Shown here: piece by piece, positions 28,419-39,016 of the stretch
Position numbering within the stretch: position 1 is the stretch's first letter
How the letters are laid out: every line of letters begins with the position of its first letter
Virus record (IMG/VR): IMGVR_UViG_3300022745_000628
Span: 96,001 to 160,000 of that record
Source: a virus
Length of the DNA: 64,000 nt
Direction: 5' to 3' (one strand)
The notes under the pieces: generated by a model
The model's input: the letters and a program-made list of their open reading frames with translations, nothing else
Databases searched by the model: none
Told to the model about the DNA's origin: nothing
Translations under genes and position numbers: made by a program

Positions 28419-29963
28419 TTGCCGTCAGTTTTTGACGACGCTGAACAATTCGCACATCAGCTGGGAAGCTGGTGGTGCGGAGATTATGACGGCGCCGATC
28501 AAATTTATGGCGTAGTACAAGCGATGCTGAGAATTGCTAAATCCAACGACGAAGATGTCGATAGGATTGTGGATAGCTACGCTCGTACTAAAATCGCGCC
28601 GTTACGTACCAAAACATGGATGCGGCTACGCTTGCCGCGAATTCGACTGCAACCCGCCGGAGATCGGTCGTACGATACAGATATTAATTTTGATGACGGC
28701 TGGGAATACGACGTAGACCGTACGCAACCGAGGTTTGTATACGAACTGCCCAAAAATATCGTGGATATAGCCGCGCTTGCAAACTATCCAGCTGCTCCAG
28801 ATGCCGTGCTTACTGGCGGATTGGATTTCATAATTGAAAACAATCGCGTAATCAGTAATTACGATTTACTAGAGTTTCAAAACGTGCTTGAAACAGAAGA
28901 CACCGGGGTAGACAGCTTTGATGCTGATAACGTCGAAATATGGGCCTATGGCGTAAGTATCGATTATTCGGACATGTATCGGCTATTCGGATATATAGCT
29001 CAGATAAAGAAAGCTTCGTCGGAACAATACAATCGAATAGTCAACACATACCTAGACTGTCTGATTAGTGGTGTTACCGAGAACACGCTGTTCAATTTCA
29101 TATTGGCGTGCTTCGACGAACCACAAGTCAAAAATGACGTCGAAATAGTAGAAGCCATATACGCTAATGCTACTGAGCACACGATTATTACGGATCGCGA
29201 AGTATACAAGCACTCGAGTTTCAATACCACTCTCGTAGCAGTCGGCGATGTAGTTCGTAAAGGAAACGTATTGTCCGATGCAATACAGTTGTTCGAAAAC
29301 CTTGCCGATGCAAATCTTGTCACAGCGTTGATAGATTTACCATTTTTGGCGCCATGCCTTAAATTTCCGGTAATCCTGGAAAACAGAGACTTACCGCTAA
29401 TAATTACGAATTTGCACGGATTTACAAAACTCAGTTGGGAACTTCCCGGCGATACAGCACAAGCTGACGAATTTTTTGATTATGTGCACGAGCAAGGTTT
29501 AGCCGCAACCCGGCAAGATATTACGTGTGTGGATCGAAAATATATAGTAACTGTGCCAGATGGCCCTAAAGGTGTAAAAAGTTACCATAAGGGTACACTG
29601 GCTCACTATTTAGATACGCGGGTTAATTTAACAAGTGAGCCAACTAGCGCCACACTGCCCACTACTATCAATCCGTACAAGTTTTTTGCAAAAAACGTGT
29701 TTCAATCTAATCTGGCGGTAATAGTTGTAAAACTACCGCCAAGATTTCAAGGCAAGAATTTGGACGTGTTGCGTAAGGTGTGGGCGCTCCTTCCGCCAAC
29801 GAATAACATATATTTTGTGCTAGAATTGCCTACACAGGTCGAAAGTATTGGTCCTAGTTTTGTAACTACCGGAATTGACGTTTCACACGGCGCTATTATC
29901 CAACCGTTAGAAATTGATGCCTCAGTAGTCGATGTCGCGACGGTAACATTCCGAGAAATCTAG
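28419..29963 (+). CDS. baseplate wedge protein (follows J)
   Basis: 514 aa with a TTG start and no clear SD; next gene starts 1 nt after its stop; position typical of the second wedge subunit. Confidence 0.6.
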   Translation: MPSVFDDAEQFAHQLGSWWCGDYDGADQIYGVVQAMLRIAKSNDEDVDRIVDSYARTKIAPLRTKTWMRLRLPRIRLQPAGDRSYDTDINFDDGWEYDVDRTQPRFVYELPKNIVDIAALANYPAAPDAVLTGGLDFIIENNRVISNYDLLEFQNVLETEDTGVDSFDADNVEIWAYGVSIDYSDMYRLFGYIAQIKKASSEQYNRIVNTYLDCLISGVTENTLFNFILACFDEPQVKNDVEIVEAIYANATEHTIITDREVYKHSSFNTTLVAVGDVVRKGNVLSDAIQLFENLADANLVTALIDLPFLAPCLKFPVILENRDLPLIITNLHGFTKLSWELPGDTAQADEFFDYVHEQGLAATRQDITCVDRKYIVTVPDGPKGVKSYHKGTLAHYLDTRVNLTSEPTSATLPTTINPYKFFAKNVFQSNLAVIVVKLPPRFQGKNLDVLRKVWALLPPTNNIYFVLELPTQVESIGPSFVTTGIDVSHGAIIQPLEIDASVVDVATVTFREI

Positions 29964-29964
29964 T

Positions 29965-30558
29965 ATGCTAACTCCGATTCAGAACAAAATACTTGGGACA
30001 GTAACATTCAAAGACTTAGAGGGTAATTTTATTGCCCAAGTCCAGAATCAGTTGCAACTCGATTGGGCCATAATTGCCTCGAAATGTCTAGGATTTGGCG
30101 ATAGGGCGTACCGCATCAGCGCGATTTACGTTGAATATGAAAATCTCGAGGATGGCGGGGATACCGTAGCGTTGCCGGAGTTTGGTCGAGATTCTGGTGT
30201 GGAATATTACACCGGGCTAGCCGGATCTGCTGTACGAGATTACCTACGTATCTCGCTAGCTGCGCTACCTATGCCCGGCGTAGTAGACGGCACACAAGAT
30301 TATTACGGGGATGATCCTGAAATTGGTAACAAGCTAAGCTTTCTAGCTATTACAAACGGATCCGTCGGAGTTAACGGATTAGCTTTTGCGGACGGTGTCA
30401 ATTCTAAGATCTTTGGTGTTGCTTTAGCGGCTACCCCGAATGTTAACGATCCAACTGCTGACTTGATCTTTGCACGCACATATTTAGAGGGCGCAGATCA
30501 AATCCTGGTGCCAACTAACGCTCGGTACGCAATAACCTGGGAGACGGCATTCCTGTAA
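29965..30558 (+). CDS. baseplate/fibre-attachment protein
   Basis: 197-aa beta-rich ORF contiguous with the wedge genes. Confidence 0.55.
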   Translation: MLTPIQNKILGTVTFKDLEGNFIAQVQNQLQLDWAIIASKCLGFGDRAYRISAIYVEYENLEDGGDTVALPEFGRDSGVEYYTGLAGSAVRDYLRISLAALPMPGVVDGTQDYYGDDPEIGNKLSFLAITNGSVGVNGLAFADGVNSKIFGVALAATPNVNDPTADLIFARTYLEGADQILVPTNARYAITWETAFL

Positions 30559-30559
30559 G

Positions 30560-32404
30560 ATGTACACAAAATTTCCAAATGCCGTCCCGCAAATAACTTA
30601 CGGTGGCAATGTTCGCTCTGACACAATCAATAAGATTGCAAACGAGCTTGCTAGCCGCACGAATTATTTATTGGATCAACTTAACGAAGTAACCGCGGGT
30701 AGCGCGTTAGTTATCACTAACGAACCATGCACATCAGAAGTCACTGCGTTTAACGCCGTGTACTGGAATGCTGACGATCGGCTATTTGAGCCGGCATTAT
30801 CACAAATTGTGACGACCACTGGCGGAGAATACGTAGTAGGTCCGTCGGCACTGGCAATAGGCATAACCACCGTAAAAAATGGCGTAAATCTCTGCGATAT
30901 CACGATTGGCGGGCGTATAGCTATGACCGCTGATCAAGTAGCGATACTTATAAATAACGAAACGCCTGTAAGCGGGCTGCTGTATCTTTCGGCGACTATC
31001 CCAGGTAAATTGACGACATCAAAGCCGTTAGCCGCTATTCCAGTTGGCGTACTGCTCACTCCGTCGAATTCTTGTCGAACTACCTATCAAGTTATTCTCG
31101 GGGCTGGCTGTCTGGCCGGAGACATTAACAAAACGTCAACACACGAGTACCGCTTGTACGCCGTACCGGCTGGCGATCACGTACCGCCGGATGTAGGCAA
31201 CCCGCACACTATTTTGAATCCGGATTCAGCCAGCCACGGATGGCTGCCAGCCGATGACGCAATATTTAACGGGGCAGCGCCAGACGGGGCAGTATTCGGG
31301 TACAACATCTCGCAAGACCCTACTTTGGCAAATATATGGCCACCGAGCGGTAAACAAGTATTGGTAGAGTTTTATTCGTCCAGCGACATCGGAATTGTCG
31401 GACTAAAAGAAGTCCCGACGCATTTTTATATTGTCGACGACACCACTATTTGGTGGACTACGGATTGTTATAGCAAAGTGCCTTGGGATTATCTGCTTAA
31501 CACGGTAGATCCGCCAGATCCGCCAGAAGACTGCGCTATACCAGCGCCAACAGAGATGATCTTACGATTTGATCGCTCGTTTCTGGATAACGCTACACGA
31601 GTAGTTACGAAGTTATCCGGCACTGACGACAAATTGATTACGTTTGTAAACGCCGCAGGACAAGAAGCTAGCCGCGGAGACTTGAAGGCCAAGTTCAATG
31701 CGGATATCGCAATCACAAATTCAGCGGCCACTGGCTCTACCGCAATTAAATCCGTAGGGCCTGGCTTTACGTTTACATCCGGTAAGGTAGTGGAGGGCGT
31801 GCGAAGTTTGTCTAGCACGTTAATAGTTACAGGCACAGAAAGTCGGCTGATCGATCCAGGTCAAGCGGAGTCGGACTCAAACTACCGTATTTACCAGGGT
31901 ATCGTATCTGTTGAAAGCACACCTAGCGCTTTCGGACTGGACATATCGCCTACTCTGGTGCGCCTAGGCGACAGCTTGCAACGTGCATACAACGACATCA
32001 ACTATATCGGCTTTCCTAGCGGCATAGCGTCGTCGGTAACCTGCCGATTTGATATTCCTAACGGCGATCCAGGCTCAAAGAACTTAGTTCCTTATGTTGT
32101 TATGTTTGGACGCGCCGCAGGTCCGTTTTCGGCTATGTCTGCAAAGTATTACGTAATCAAAGCGCCGCCTGCGCCGGGCGGAGCTCAGATTGTGACCGGC
32201 TCTACGACAAGCACAACTTTCAATGTGGTTACACCATCTACGGGATTAGATGCAAATGCCGTTATTAAAGTAACGGCCGGGGCTATCCCTGTTTATGGCG
32301 GTGACACCGTGTTTGTAACATTCAGTCGAGCTGCCGATGCTTCGCCGAGTTTTTCGGCTGACATCGGATTTATTCGAATCGGAGCAGCAGTAAGGGCTAG
32401 ATAA
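30560..32404 (+). CDS. tail/baseplate appendage protein
   Basis: 614 aa; contains LLYLSATIPGKLTTSKP...PVG, a motif seen in phage fibre/appendage proteins. Confidence 0.55.
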   Translation: MYTKFPNAVPQITYGGNVRSDTINKIANELASRTNYLLDQLNEVTAGSALVITNEPCTSEVTAFNAVYWNADDRLFEPALSQIVTTTGGEYVVGPSALAIGITTVKNGVNLCDITIGGRIAMTADQVAILINNETPVSGLLYLSATIPGKLTTSKPLAAIPVGVLLTPSNSCRTTYQVILGAGCLAGDINKTSTHEYRLYAVPAGDHVPPDVGNPHTILNPDSASHGWLPADDAIFNGAAPDGAVFGYNISQDPTLANIWPPSGKQVLVEFYSSSDIGIVGLKEVPTHFYIVDDTTIWWTTDCYSKVPWDYLLNTVDPPDPPEDCAIPAPTEMILRFDRSFLDNATRVVTKLSGTDDKLITFVNAAGQEASRGDLKAKFNADIAITNSAATGSTAIKSVGPGFTFTSGKVVEGVRSLSSTLIVTGTESRLIDPGQAESDSNYRIYQGIVSVESTPSAFGLDISPTLVRLGDSLQRAYNDINYIGFPSGIASSVTCRFDIPNGDPGSKNLVPYVVMFGRAAGPFSAMSAKYYVIKAPPAPGGAQIVTGSTTSTTFNVVTPSTGLDANAVIKVTAGAIPVYGGDTVFVTFSRAADASPSFSADIGFIRIGAAVRAR

Positions 32405-33348
32405 TGGCCGGTGACGGATTATGGAACAGTAATTGGCTAGTAGAGAATACCCAACGAGCTTATCCGTTGCGGTATAGCGCTTCTGCTACGGATTCTACTT
32501 CCGCAGTGCGCATACCGGATAACTTTATCTGCGCTGCGCAGTTGGTAACACGCGGTTACAACCCAGTCAAGTTCTTTATCTCTGGCGTTACCTATATGGG
32601 TAACTTTATTGTTGTAACCATAAGCAACCAGTTCTCAGATTCTACAGTTGTGGATATCGGCACTGTAACCGTGCCTATCGACACACCAGATTTTACGGTT
32701 TTGCAGATAAAACCAAATACTGCGGCGAGTGGCAAAGCTGCCGGGAATATCACAATAGGCTCGCTAGAGACTATTCTCAATTGGCCAACCGGGGTATTTA
32801 CATTCCTATTCGACACCACAGCATTAGAATTCGATGTTTGCCGACCAACACTTGATACCGCTACCAGTATTCAAATATGGGATGGCGACGCGATAAGCGG
32901 AATACTGACCGGCGACGTGATTTTGCGTAGCGGCGCAAATATCCAACTTGGCCAAAAATTCGGTAGTTCCGGCACTGTAGTAACTATTAGTGCGGTGAAC
33001 GATCCGAATTTCAACGACAATTGCGATTGTCAGTCCGCTATTATTGGACCGCCTATTCGCCAAATCAACGGTGTGTCTCCCGACATAAACGGAAATATAG
33101 AGATTGTCGGCAGCGACTGTATCGCGTTCAATACTGGAAACGGCTCGTTATCGGTCGCAAATAGCTGTGCATCGCCATGTTGCGGATGCGATCAGCTAGA
33201 CGCAGTCTTCGTGGAAATAAAGCGGTTTGTAGATGGGGCAGCAGATTTACGCGATTACGCAAATAGATTGCGACAAGCTATTGATAAACTAGACACTATC
33301 GTGTTGGTTTCTGATAGTGTCGGTAACTGCCCACAAGTACCAGGATAA
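32404..33348 (+). CDS. Cys-rich tail appendage paralogue 1
   Basis: N-terminal WLVENTQRAYPL; IRQINGVSPDINGNIEIVGSDC; CCGC followed by a coiled coil. Confidence 0.7.
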   Translation: MAGDGLWNSNWLVENTQRAYPLRYSASATDSTSAVRIPDNFICAAQLVTRGYNPVKFFISGVTYMGNFIVVTISNQFSDSTVVDIGTVTVPIDTPDFTVLQIKPNTAASGKAAGNITIGSLETILNWPTGVFTFLFDTTALEFDVCRPTLDTATSIQIWDGDAISGILTGDVILRSGANIQLGQKFGSSGTVVTISAVNDPNFNDNCDCQSAIIGPPIRQINGVSPDINGNIEIVGSDCIAFNTGNGSLSVANSCASPCCGCDQLDAVFVEIKRFVDGAADLRDYANRLRQAIDKLDTIVLVSDSVGNCPQVPG

Positions 33349-34802
33349 TGGCTGAGAGCAATCTAAACAATCGGCATATCCACGGGCGCTATTGCGTAGG
33401 GCGTAACCAAGGCTTACTTGGCGTACACTACCCGCTCATAGAGCCGTCGGCGGATATCAAATATCTAATCGCAGATATGTGGGTCGTGGTTTCAGACTCG
33501 CCGAAATTGCAAGCTGTGATCGCAGACGGCGGTTTAGCAATTACATGGCTATACGGTTTCGGAGCGAATGCAGTTACACCGCCGGAAAATACGCTGTATC
33601 AGGGTTACAACCTTCGAGATGTGGCCATATTTAACAGCAAGAACAAACTCCTGTTGTCGACGTCCGCTGTTACACCTAGCGGCCGTCCGATATTTAGCGA
33701 GACGGTGATAGACTCTCGACTGTCGTTAGCGCGCTGGACAATACCGCGGTTATATGACGTCGGTATCCTATACCACACTGCTTGGAATTACGAATTAAAA
33801 CCGGCGCCGCAAGAGTACGACGAGCATATTCTTCCGACTAGCGCTAGGTTAGTCGGAGCCGTAGTATCTTTTGAACAGAACCTGCATTTGCTTGCCGAGT
33901 TGCCTAACGGTACTAAAATACCGGTTAACGCATTAGGCAATAAATTTAATACGCAACTTACAATCGATACGAAGATAAAAGCACCTGCGGACGTGTTAAC
34001 TATTACAGCTCGCGCTGGCCTTGGTTTCGGACGCAATACCGATTGTTTTAGCAATAAGTACGTGGCATCCATAAATAAAGCTACGCCAGATCAAGCTGGC
34101 CGCCTAGTTATTTCCGGTGACGATTGCATGGTTATAGATACGCCAGTCACAGAAGATGCCAAGAATATTGTGCGTATCACAGACGATTGTAAAGCTTGCT
34201 GCGATTGCACTGATTTCAGCCAGGCCGGGCGAGCGCTTGATACCGCCGGAACACTGTATAAAAGCATCGGCGACAGTCTTGTTGAAACCAACGGCCTGTA
34301 CTCTGGTAAATTAGACGACTGGGAAGCCCGTGTGGCTTGCACAGACGATGCGCGGCTCGGCCTGGCATTAACAGCGCAGATTTGTCCGTATTTCGATATA
34401 ACAGCGCAATATTGCAATAACGCGGCTGAATGCGTACTCAACATAGAGTTGTTCGCAGATTTTAATATCCCAGACGGATTTAGTATTGATTTAGTTAGCG
34501 CACACTTGCTAAGTGATAAGCGTCAAACTGTAGAAGTAGATTTGTCGAAATATCCGATAATCCGATTTATTATTCCATCGATAGCTAAAAAAAGTCGGGA
34601 TGGCGTAATAGCCAGATTCAAATTCTCAGGGAATGGCGTACAAGAAGACAACACGCCAGTAAGTTTTAGCGTCTGCCTAACCGGCTCTGTCGACAACCAG
34701 CTTATAATTTCAGGGAATGCCCAAATCGTAACTTGCGCAGATTTGACTTTGAAATGTCCTGTAAGCACCGGCGATGTGATTGTCGTTGACGGATCGTGTT
34801 AA
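33348..34802 (+). CDS. Cys-rich tail appendage paralogue 2
   Basis: GVHYPL near the N-terminus; VASINKATPDQAGRLVISGDDC; CCDC followed by a helical segment. Confidence 0.7.
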   Translation: MAESNLNNRHIHGRYCVGRNQGLLGVHYPLIEPSADIKYLIADMWVVVSDSPKLQAVIADGGLAITWLYGFGANAVTPPENTLYQGYNLRDVAIFNSKNKLLLSTSAVTPSGRPIFSETVIDSRLSLARWTIPRLYDVGILYHTAWNYELKPAPQEYDEHILPTSARLVGAVVSFEQNLHLLAELPNGTKIPVNALGNKFNTQLTIDTKIKAPADVLTITARAGLGFGRNTDCFSNKYVASINKATPDQAGRLVISGDDCMVIDTPVTEDAKNIVRITDDCKACCDCTDFSQAGRALDTAGTLYKSIGDSLVETNGLYSGKLDDWEARVACTDDARLGLALTAQICPYFDITAQYCNNAAECVLNIELFADFNIPDGFSIDLVSAHLLSDKRQTVEVDLSKYPIIRFIIPSIAKKSRDGVIARFKFSGNGVQEDNTPVSFSVCLTGSVDNQLIISGNAQIVTCADLTLKCPVSTGDVIVVDGSC

Positions 34803-34805
34803 TAA

Positions 34806-36419
34806 ATGCAAGAAACCATCGATTCCCTTAAATTAGGCTGGTTCTCGCGAAACAGCGGCCGGCGCTATCCTATTGAAGATACCGCTACTGCATTAAGTGA
34901 ATCCGGAGTTTATCTACCGGATTCTTTTTTAGTTGATTTGCGAATAAGCTGGCCGGAAAGCTACGGGCCGTACGCGTTCATCAGCTTTGCGTCCGTTTCG
35001 GCATCTACCGTTGCAATCGGTATAGCCGCATCGCAAGATCCTAATCTGGCTGACACAGTTATACCGCTAGCTAACGCATTAGTAAGTCGTAGAACCGCCA
35101 ATACGCAGGTGCACAAGTTAAATCCTATGGCTGACGGCGTAGCGGGATTTTTAACATTTGGAGATACCGCAGAAGAATTCAACTTGCGCTTTGCAACGCC
35201 AGCACAGACACGATTAGCGCCCACAGTATGCCAAGCTTACAAAGATGCGGGCGTTAGCAGTATGCGTGTGCCCAGCGCACAACCACTCACTGGGGATATT
35301 ACCCTTGTTGCCGGCAATGACGTTACCTTAAGAAATGTGATACTCGAAACTAAGACGGGAATGCATATCTGCAATGCGATTGCGATAGGCCTAGCCGCGG
35401 CTAATTCGCACAACGACCCCTTATCTAAATATGTGGGTGTTTGCAATAAACGACCTGAGAATGGCGATTGCGCCACTGGAAATACCGATACGCCAGCGGT
35501 GCAGACAATCAATGGGTTGATAGCAGCATGCGACGGAACCTTCACCATCCGAGTTGAGAACGGAACCATCCGAGACGGCACTCCGAAAGACTTTGGAACA
35601 AACAGCGTTGTCCTAGGCTACGACGCCACTTTAGAAGCAATTTGCGATACCAAAAATCGTAATCCGAACATTGCAGCCGTGATTAACGCATGCGAGTCTC
35701 CTGCGGACCCGCCAGAGCGTCCGTGCGAGGATTTGCCAGTTATATACCCCATGACGGGAGAACCGCGGGAAGCCGAGTTTTGGAACTTTTACGACAGTTT
35801 GCATACAGCTACAGCCACTGGCTGTAAATTCCTGCAGCGTGTGGCGAACAACGGCCCAACCTTCACAGACGGCTTTGCCACGTATGACAGCTGCGGACAT
35901 ACCGAGACGGTAGACAATACTTTAGAAGTTACTGTAACCGTTGACGTACCGGCCGCTACAGCAAGCACTCCTATTCCGACAAATCGCGGCGGCGGGCTAG
36001 TACTGAACTTTTTACGGGATCTCTGGCTATACAATTCGCTCGAGAATAAGCTGGAAAACACTACAGACAGTCAACTGAGGTTACTGATAGACATTGACGC
36101 TGAAGCGCATCCTGGCCCGCAACAAACGTTCACATATTACTACGTGATTCGTTACATGAAGCGCGGTGTAGTTTATAAGTCCGTGCGGCTAGAAGATCTG
36201 ACATCCCACTCCGTGGCCGCTTTCACGGTCAACGTTGTAATTACTCCTGGTACAACAGATATCGATGCCAACTTAGCTGTAGTTGTTACAAAAGACGGGG
36301 TTAAGCTGGCTGAGTTTAATATCTTAGAACAAGAATATGGGCCGCATTACGGAAAGCACGGGCTGGCTAGTTACGACGAAGTCTACACTCTTGGGAATTT
36401 CAAATTAAAGCATAACTAA
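34806..36419 (+). CDS. Cys-rich tail appendage paralogue 3 with a C-terminal beta-sandwich
   Basis: WFSRNSGRRYPI; PLTGDITLVAGNDV; VQTINGLIAACDGTFTI. Confidence 0.7.
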   Translation: MQETIDSLKLGWFSRNSGRRYPIEDTATALSESGVYLPDSFLVDLRISWPESYGPYAFISFASVSASTVAIGIAASQDPNLADTVIPLANALVSRRTANTQVHKLNPMADGVAGFLTFGDTAEEFNLRFATPAQTRLAPTVCQAYKDAGVSSMRVPSAQPLTGDITLVAGNDVTLRNVILETKTGMHICNAIAIGLAAANSHNDPLSKYVGVCNKRPENGDCATGNTDTPAVQTINGLIAACDGTFTIRVENGTIRDGTPKDFGTNSVVLGYDATLEAICDTKNRNPNIAAVINACESPADPPERPCEDLPVIYPMTGEPREAEFWNFYDSLHTATATGCKFLQRVANNGPTFTDGFATYDSCGHTETVDNTLEVTVTVDVPAATASTPIPTNRGGGLVLNFLRDLWLYNSLENKLENTTDSQLRLLIDIDAEAHPGPQQTFTYYYVIRYMKRGVVYKSVRLEDLTSHSVAAFTVNVVITPGTTDIDANLAVVVTKDGVKLAEFNILEQEYGPHYGKHGLASYDEVYTLGNFKLKHN

Positions 36420-37241
36420 ATGGCTGACAACTTCGAAGGATTTGCCAGTTGGCGCGAACAACAAAAAGAATCTAGATACCCATTTGCAGACTTTAGCTCT
36501 GTCGAAAGTGTCGAAGGGTTAATTATTCCCAATGAAGTACTTATTGATGCCAGCGTCGCATTTGCAAATAGTGATAGTTACGTAGAGCTGATCTCGGTAT
36601 CCAAGACGGATAATCTACTTACATTTACATTTCGCAACCTGATTGAAACGGAAACAGCCGCAGGCGTTTTTGATTTAAGCGCTCCGTCGGACACCATATA
36701 TCTTTACGATACGTTTAATCGTCGGTTGGGGCTCTTGATTGTGGATATAGGCGCGACATTGACATTTGGCATAGGCCTTGCCACAAATCTGACCTTTAAG
36801 TCAGGTGCCGCACGGCTGTGTCCGCGGTGCGTACACACGTATGCAGGTGCCGGTGTAACTAGTTTACGAATACGCGACAGCTCGACGGCTTTATCTGGTA
36901 ACGCGTTACTGATTGGTGAGCAAGGAATATTACTACGGCATATAACTGAAGAAGTTACATCGTACACCGATCCATCCAGTTCCCACCCGATATTGGTAAC
37001 CCATACAGTTAACTACATTCGTGTCGATGTCGTTGGAGATCCATTGGCGGCTGCTGCGAATTGCGCAGACAGTACTAATATCCCAGTTACGTTTCCAACC
37101 TCCATAAATGGAGTAACTCCGAATGAGTACGGGAATATCAATTTAGCAATAGATCGCGGAACGCTTGGGAGTGCGTTACGCATAATTCCAAACGCTAAAA
37201 ACTCTGAGCTGATCATTAAATTAGCGGGGGTAGGTATTTAA
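36420..37241 (+). CDS. tail appendage paralogue 4
   Basis: WREQQKESRYPF; ALSGNALLIGEQGI; PTSINGVTPNEYGNINL. Confidence 0.7.
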   Translation: MADNFEGFASWREQQKESRYPFADFSSVESVEGLIIPNEVLIDASVAFANSDSYVELISVSKTDNLLTFTFRNLIETETAAGVFDLSAPSDTIYLYDTFNRRLGLLIVDIGATLTFGIGLATNLTFKSGAARLCPRCVHTYAGAGVTSLRIRDSSTALSGNALLIGEQGILLRHITEEVTSYTDPSSSHPILVTHTVNYIRVDVVGDPLAAAANCADSTNIPVTFPTSINGVTPNEYGNINLAIDRGTLGSALRIIPNAKNSELIIKLAGVGI

Positions 37242-38155
37242 TGTTTGAGTGGTATAACGAAAATCAATTCAGGTCGTGGCCATTAAAAAGTGGCGCGACG
37301 CTTGGTAATACTGTACTGGTGGACGCCGGCTTTACTTGCGGACTGCCTGCCACAGTCAATATCACTGTCTTAACGTTAATAGCCAGAGATACTGACAAAT
37401 TTAGACTGTTTGTGCGGGTTGGCGGTTATCAAGTAGTATTTGAAATACCAGTCGATACCCCAGAATTCACAACAATTTGGGCTGCTCCGCCAGCGGTATC
37501 TAACGCAACATTCCTAAATAACTGCATGAGCGGTAAAACACTATACGGATTTATAGTCATTGGGAAAATACAAGAACTGCTGACATTATTACCGGACGCC
37601 GATACCAGTCTCGTATTTGCCGACGAATTCGAACCTACCGTGACCGATATCATTAACAGTAAAGCCGTTAGCTCGATATCTTTAGGAAATACTGCGCGTA
37701 CCGTCTCTCCAGGGCTTATCAACTGTACAAATAATCCATACATACGCCCAACACCCTACAAAATCAAAAATGCCGATGGAATTAGCTATTCAGGCGTAAG
37801 CATCGACTACAACTGTATATCCGGCGATATAGTGTGGAAACCAGGGTATTCGTGCCGAATCATCCAATCTGACTCTGTAAAATCGTTCACAATATCGGCG
37901 ACGCAGGATTCTCAAGAAGGCGTAGCCTGTGGCGATGTGCCTATTGACGATGCGGAAGCCGCTTTACTAGTCAGCGGCGGAAATCTTTCTGGCGTACAGA
38001 CGTGCGCGGACGTAATAAGATCTATCAACGGCATTAGCGGGCCAAATATTACAATCAAAGGCGGACCCGGTGTAAAAATTACGAACGAAATACCTGCCAC
38101 AATTGTTGTAGAATTGGGCGCTAACGACGCTAACAACTGTGGATTGCCGCAATGA
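37241..38155 (+). CDS. Cys-rich tail appendage paralogue 5
   Basis: WYNENQFRSWPL; ISGDIVWKPGYSC; IRSINGISGPNITI. Confidence 0.7.
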   Translation: MFEWYNENQFRSWPLKSGATLGNTVLVDAGFTCGLPATVNITVLTLIARDTDKFRLFVRVGGYQVVFEIPVDTPEFTTIWAAPPAVSNATFLNNCMSGKTLYGFIVIGKIQELLTLLPDADTSLVFADEFEPTVTDIINSKAVSSISLGNTARTVSPGLINCTNNPYIRPTPYKIKNADGISYSGVSIDYNCISGDIVWKPGYSCRIIQSDSVKSFTISATQDSQEGVACGDVPIDDAEAALLVSGGNLSGVQTCADVIRSINGISGPNITIKGGPGVKITNEIPATIVVELGANDANNCGLPQ

Positions 38156-39015
38156 GCCAAGAACAAGCATCAAATTGCCAACAAGGTTTTGTAGTTACAA
38201 ATGATTTCGCATTTGTACCTAATTGCGATATACGTATGCCGGATAATAAAACCGTCATAGCCTGTGCGCCTACGGTGCCTCCGTTAGATCCGCCAACGGT
38301 TCTTTTACCGTGCCCTACTTTTGAAATAACTGTATCAGCTACCGTCACAACCGTTACGCCGAATCCTAACTACCCGCAGCTTACCGGCGGCGCAGTCACA
38401 AATACGAATCGAGACTGTATAACGTGCGAAAACAACATTCAGGTGAATTTAGACCTGACGATGCCAAAATTGATGGAGTACGTCAATTTTAGGCTGGACG
38501 AGGCTATGACCCCTGATCATTCGTGTGTACCGGCTACGGTTATTTACGACTACGCTGGCGCACACGCACCCGGCGACACAATAACTGTTTGCGCAGATAG
38601 ATCGTTCCCGACGGATGCGCTGTACATTCCAAGCGGAGCGTACGGTATTGGGTTTAATACAGGTGACAGCGAAAATTTTCAAGTTTCCACGTATGAAAAA
38701 CCAGCGCTGTTGGTGCGTGCGAAATTAGTGAGCGCTTACGGTCTGGGTGTTATGGCTTGTAATGCTAACATCGCATATGTGACAGATTTACATCCTGTAC
38801 ACGTGCGCGATGATAACTATTTCCCATATCCGCCGAGCGCGATAATTCCCGTATCTAACGAAATGCATCTCACCGGCCAGCCTAATTACCGCGTACTGCT
38901 GTGTTTTGATCGAGAATTGCTAAGCCGTTCAGACGTCAAGCCGTATTTCATAGCAATCGTGTACCCTCCATGCGGTTTGGGAGCCGGCCCTACTGCCCCG
39001 CTAGAAGTGCCATAA
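38152..39015 (+). CDS. Cys/Pro-rich hypothetical virion protein
   Basis: 287 aa, ATGA overlap with the upstream gene. Confidence 0.7.
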   Translation: MSQEQASNCQQGFVVTNDFAFVPNCDIRMPDNKTVIACAPTVPPLDPPTVLLPCPTFEITVSATVTTVTPNPNYPQLTGGAVTNTNRDCITCENNIQVNLDLTMPKLMEYVNFRLDEAMTPDHSCVPATVIYDYAGAHAPGDTITVCADRSFPTDALYIPSGAYGIGFNTGDSENFQVSTYEKPALLVRAKLVSAYGLGVMACNANIAYVTDLHPVHVRDDNYFPYPPSAIIPVSNEMHLTGQPNYRVLLCFDRELLSRSDVKPYFIAIVYPPCGLGAGPTAPLEVP

Positions 39016-39016
39016 C

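Noticed and set aside
28386-28421. Frameshift fusion of baseplate J to the next gene, suggested by the TTG start and T6 run
   Set aside because: The downstream frame is +1 relative to J, the T-run lies after the J stop codon, and a plain TTG start or a single-base error explains it.
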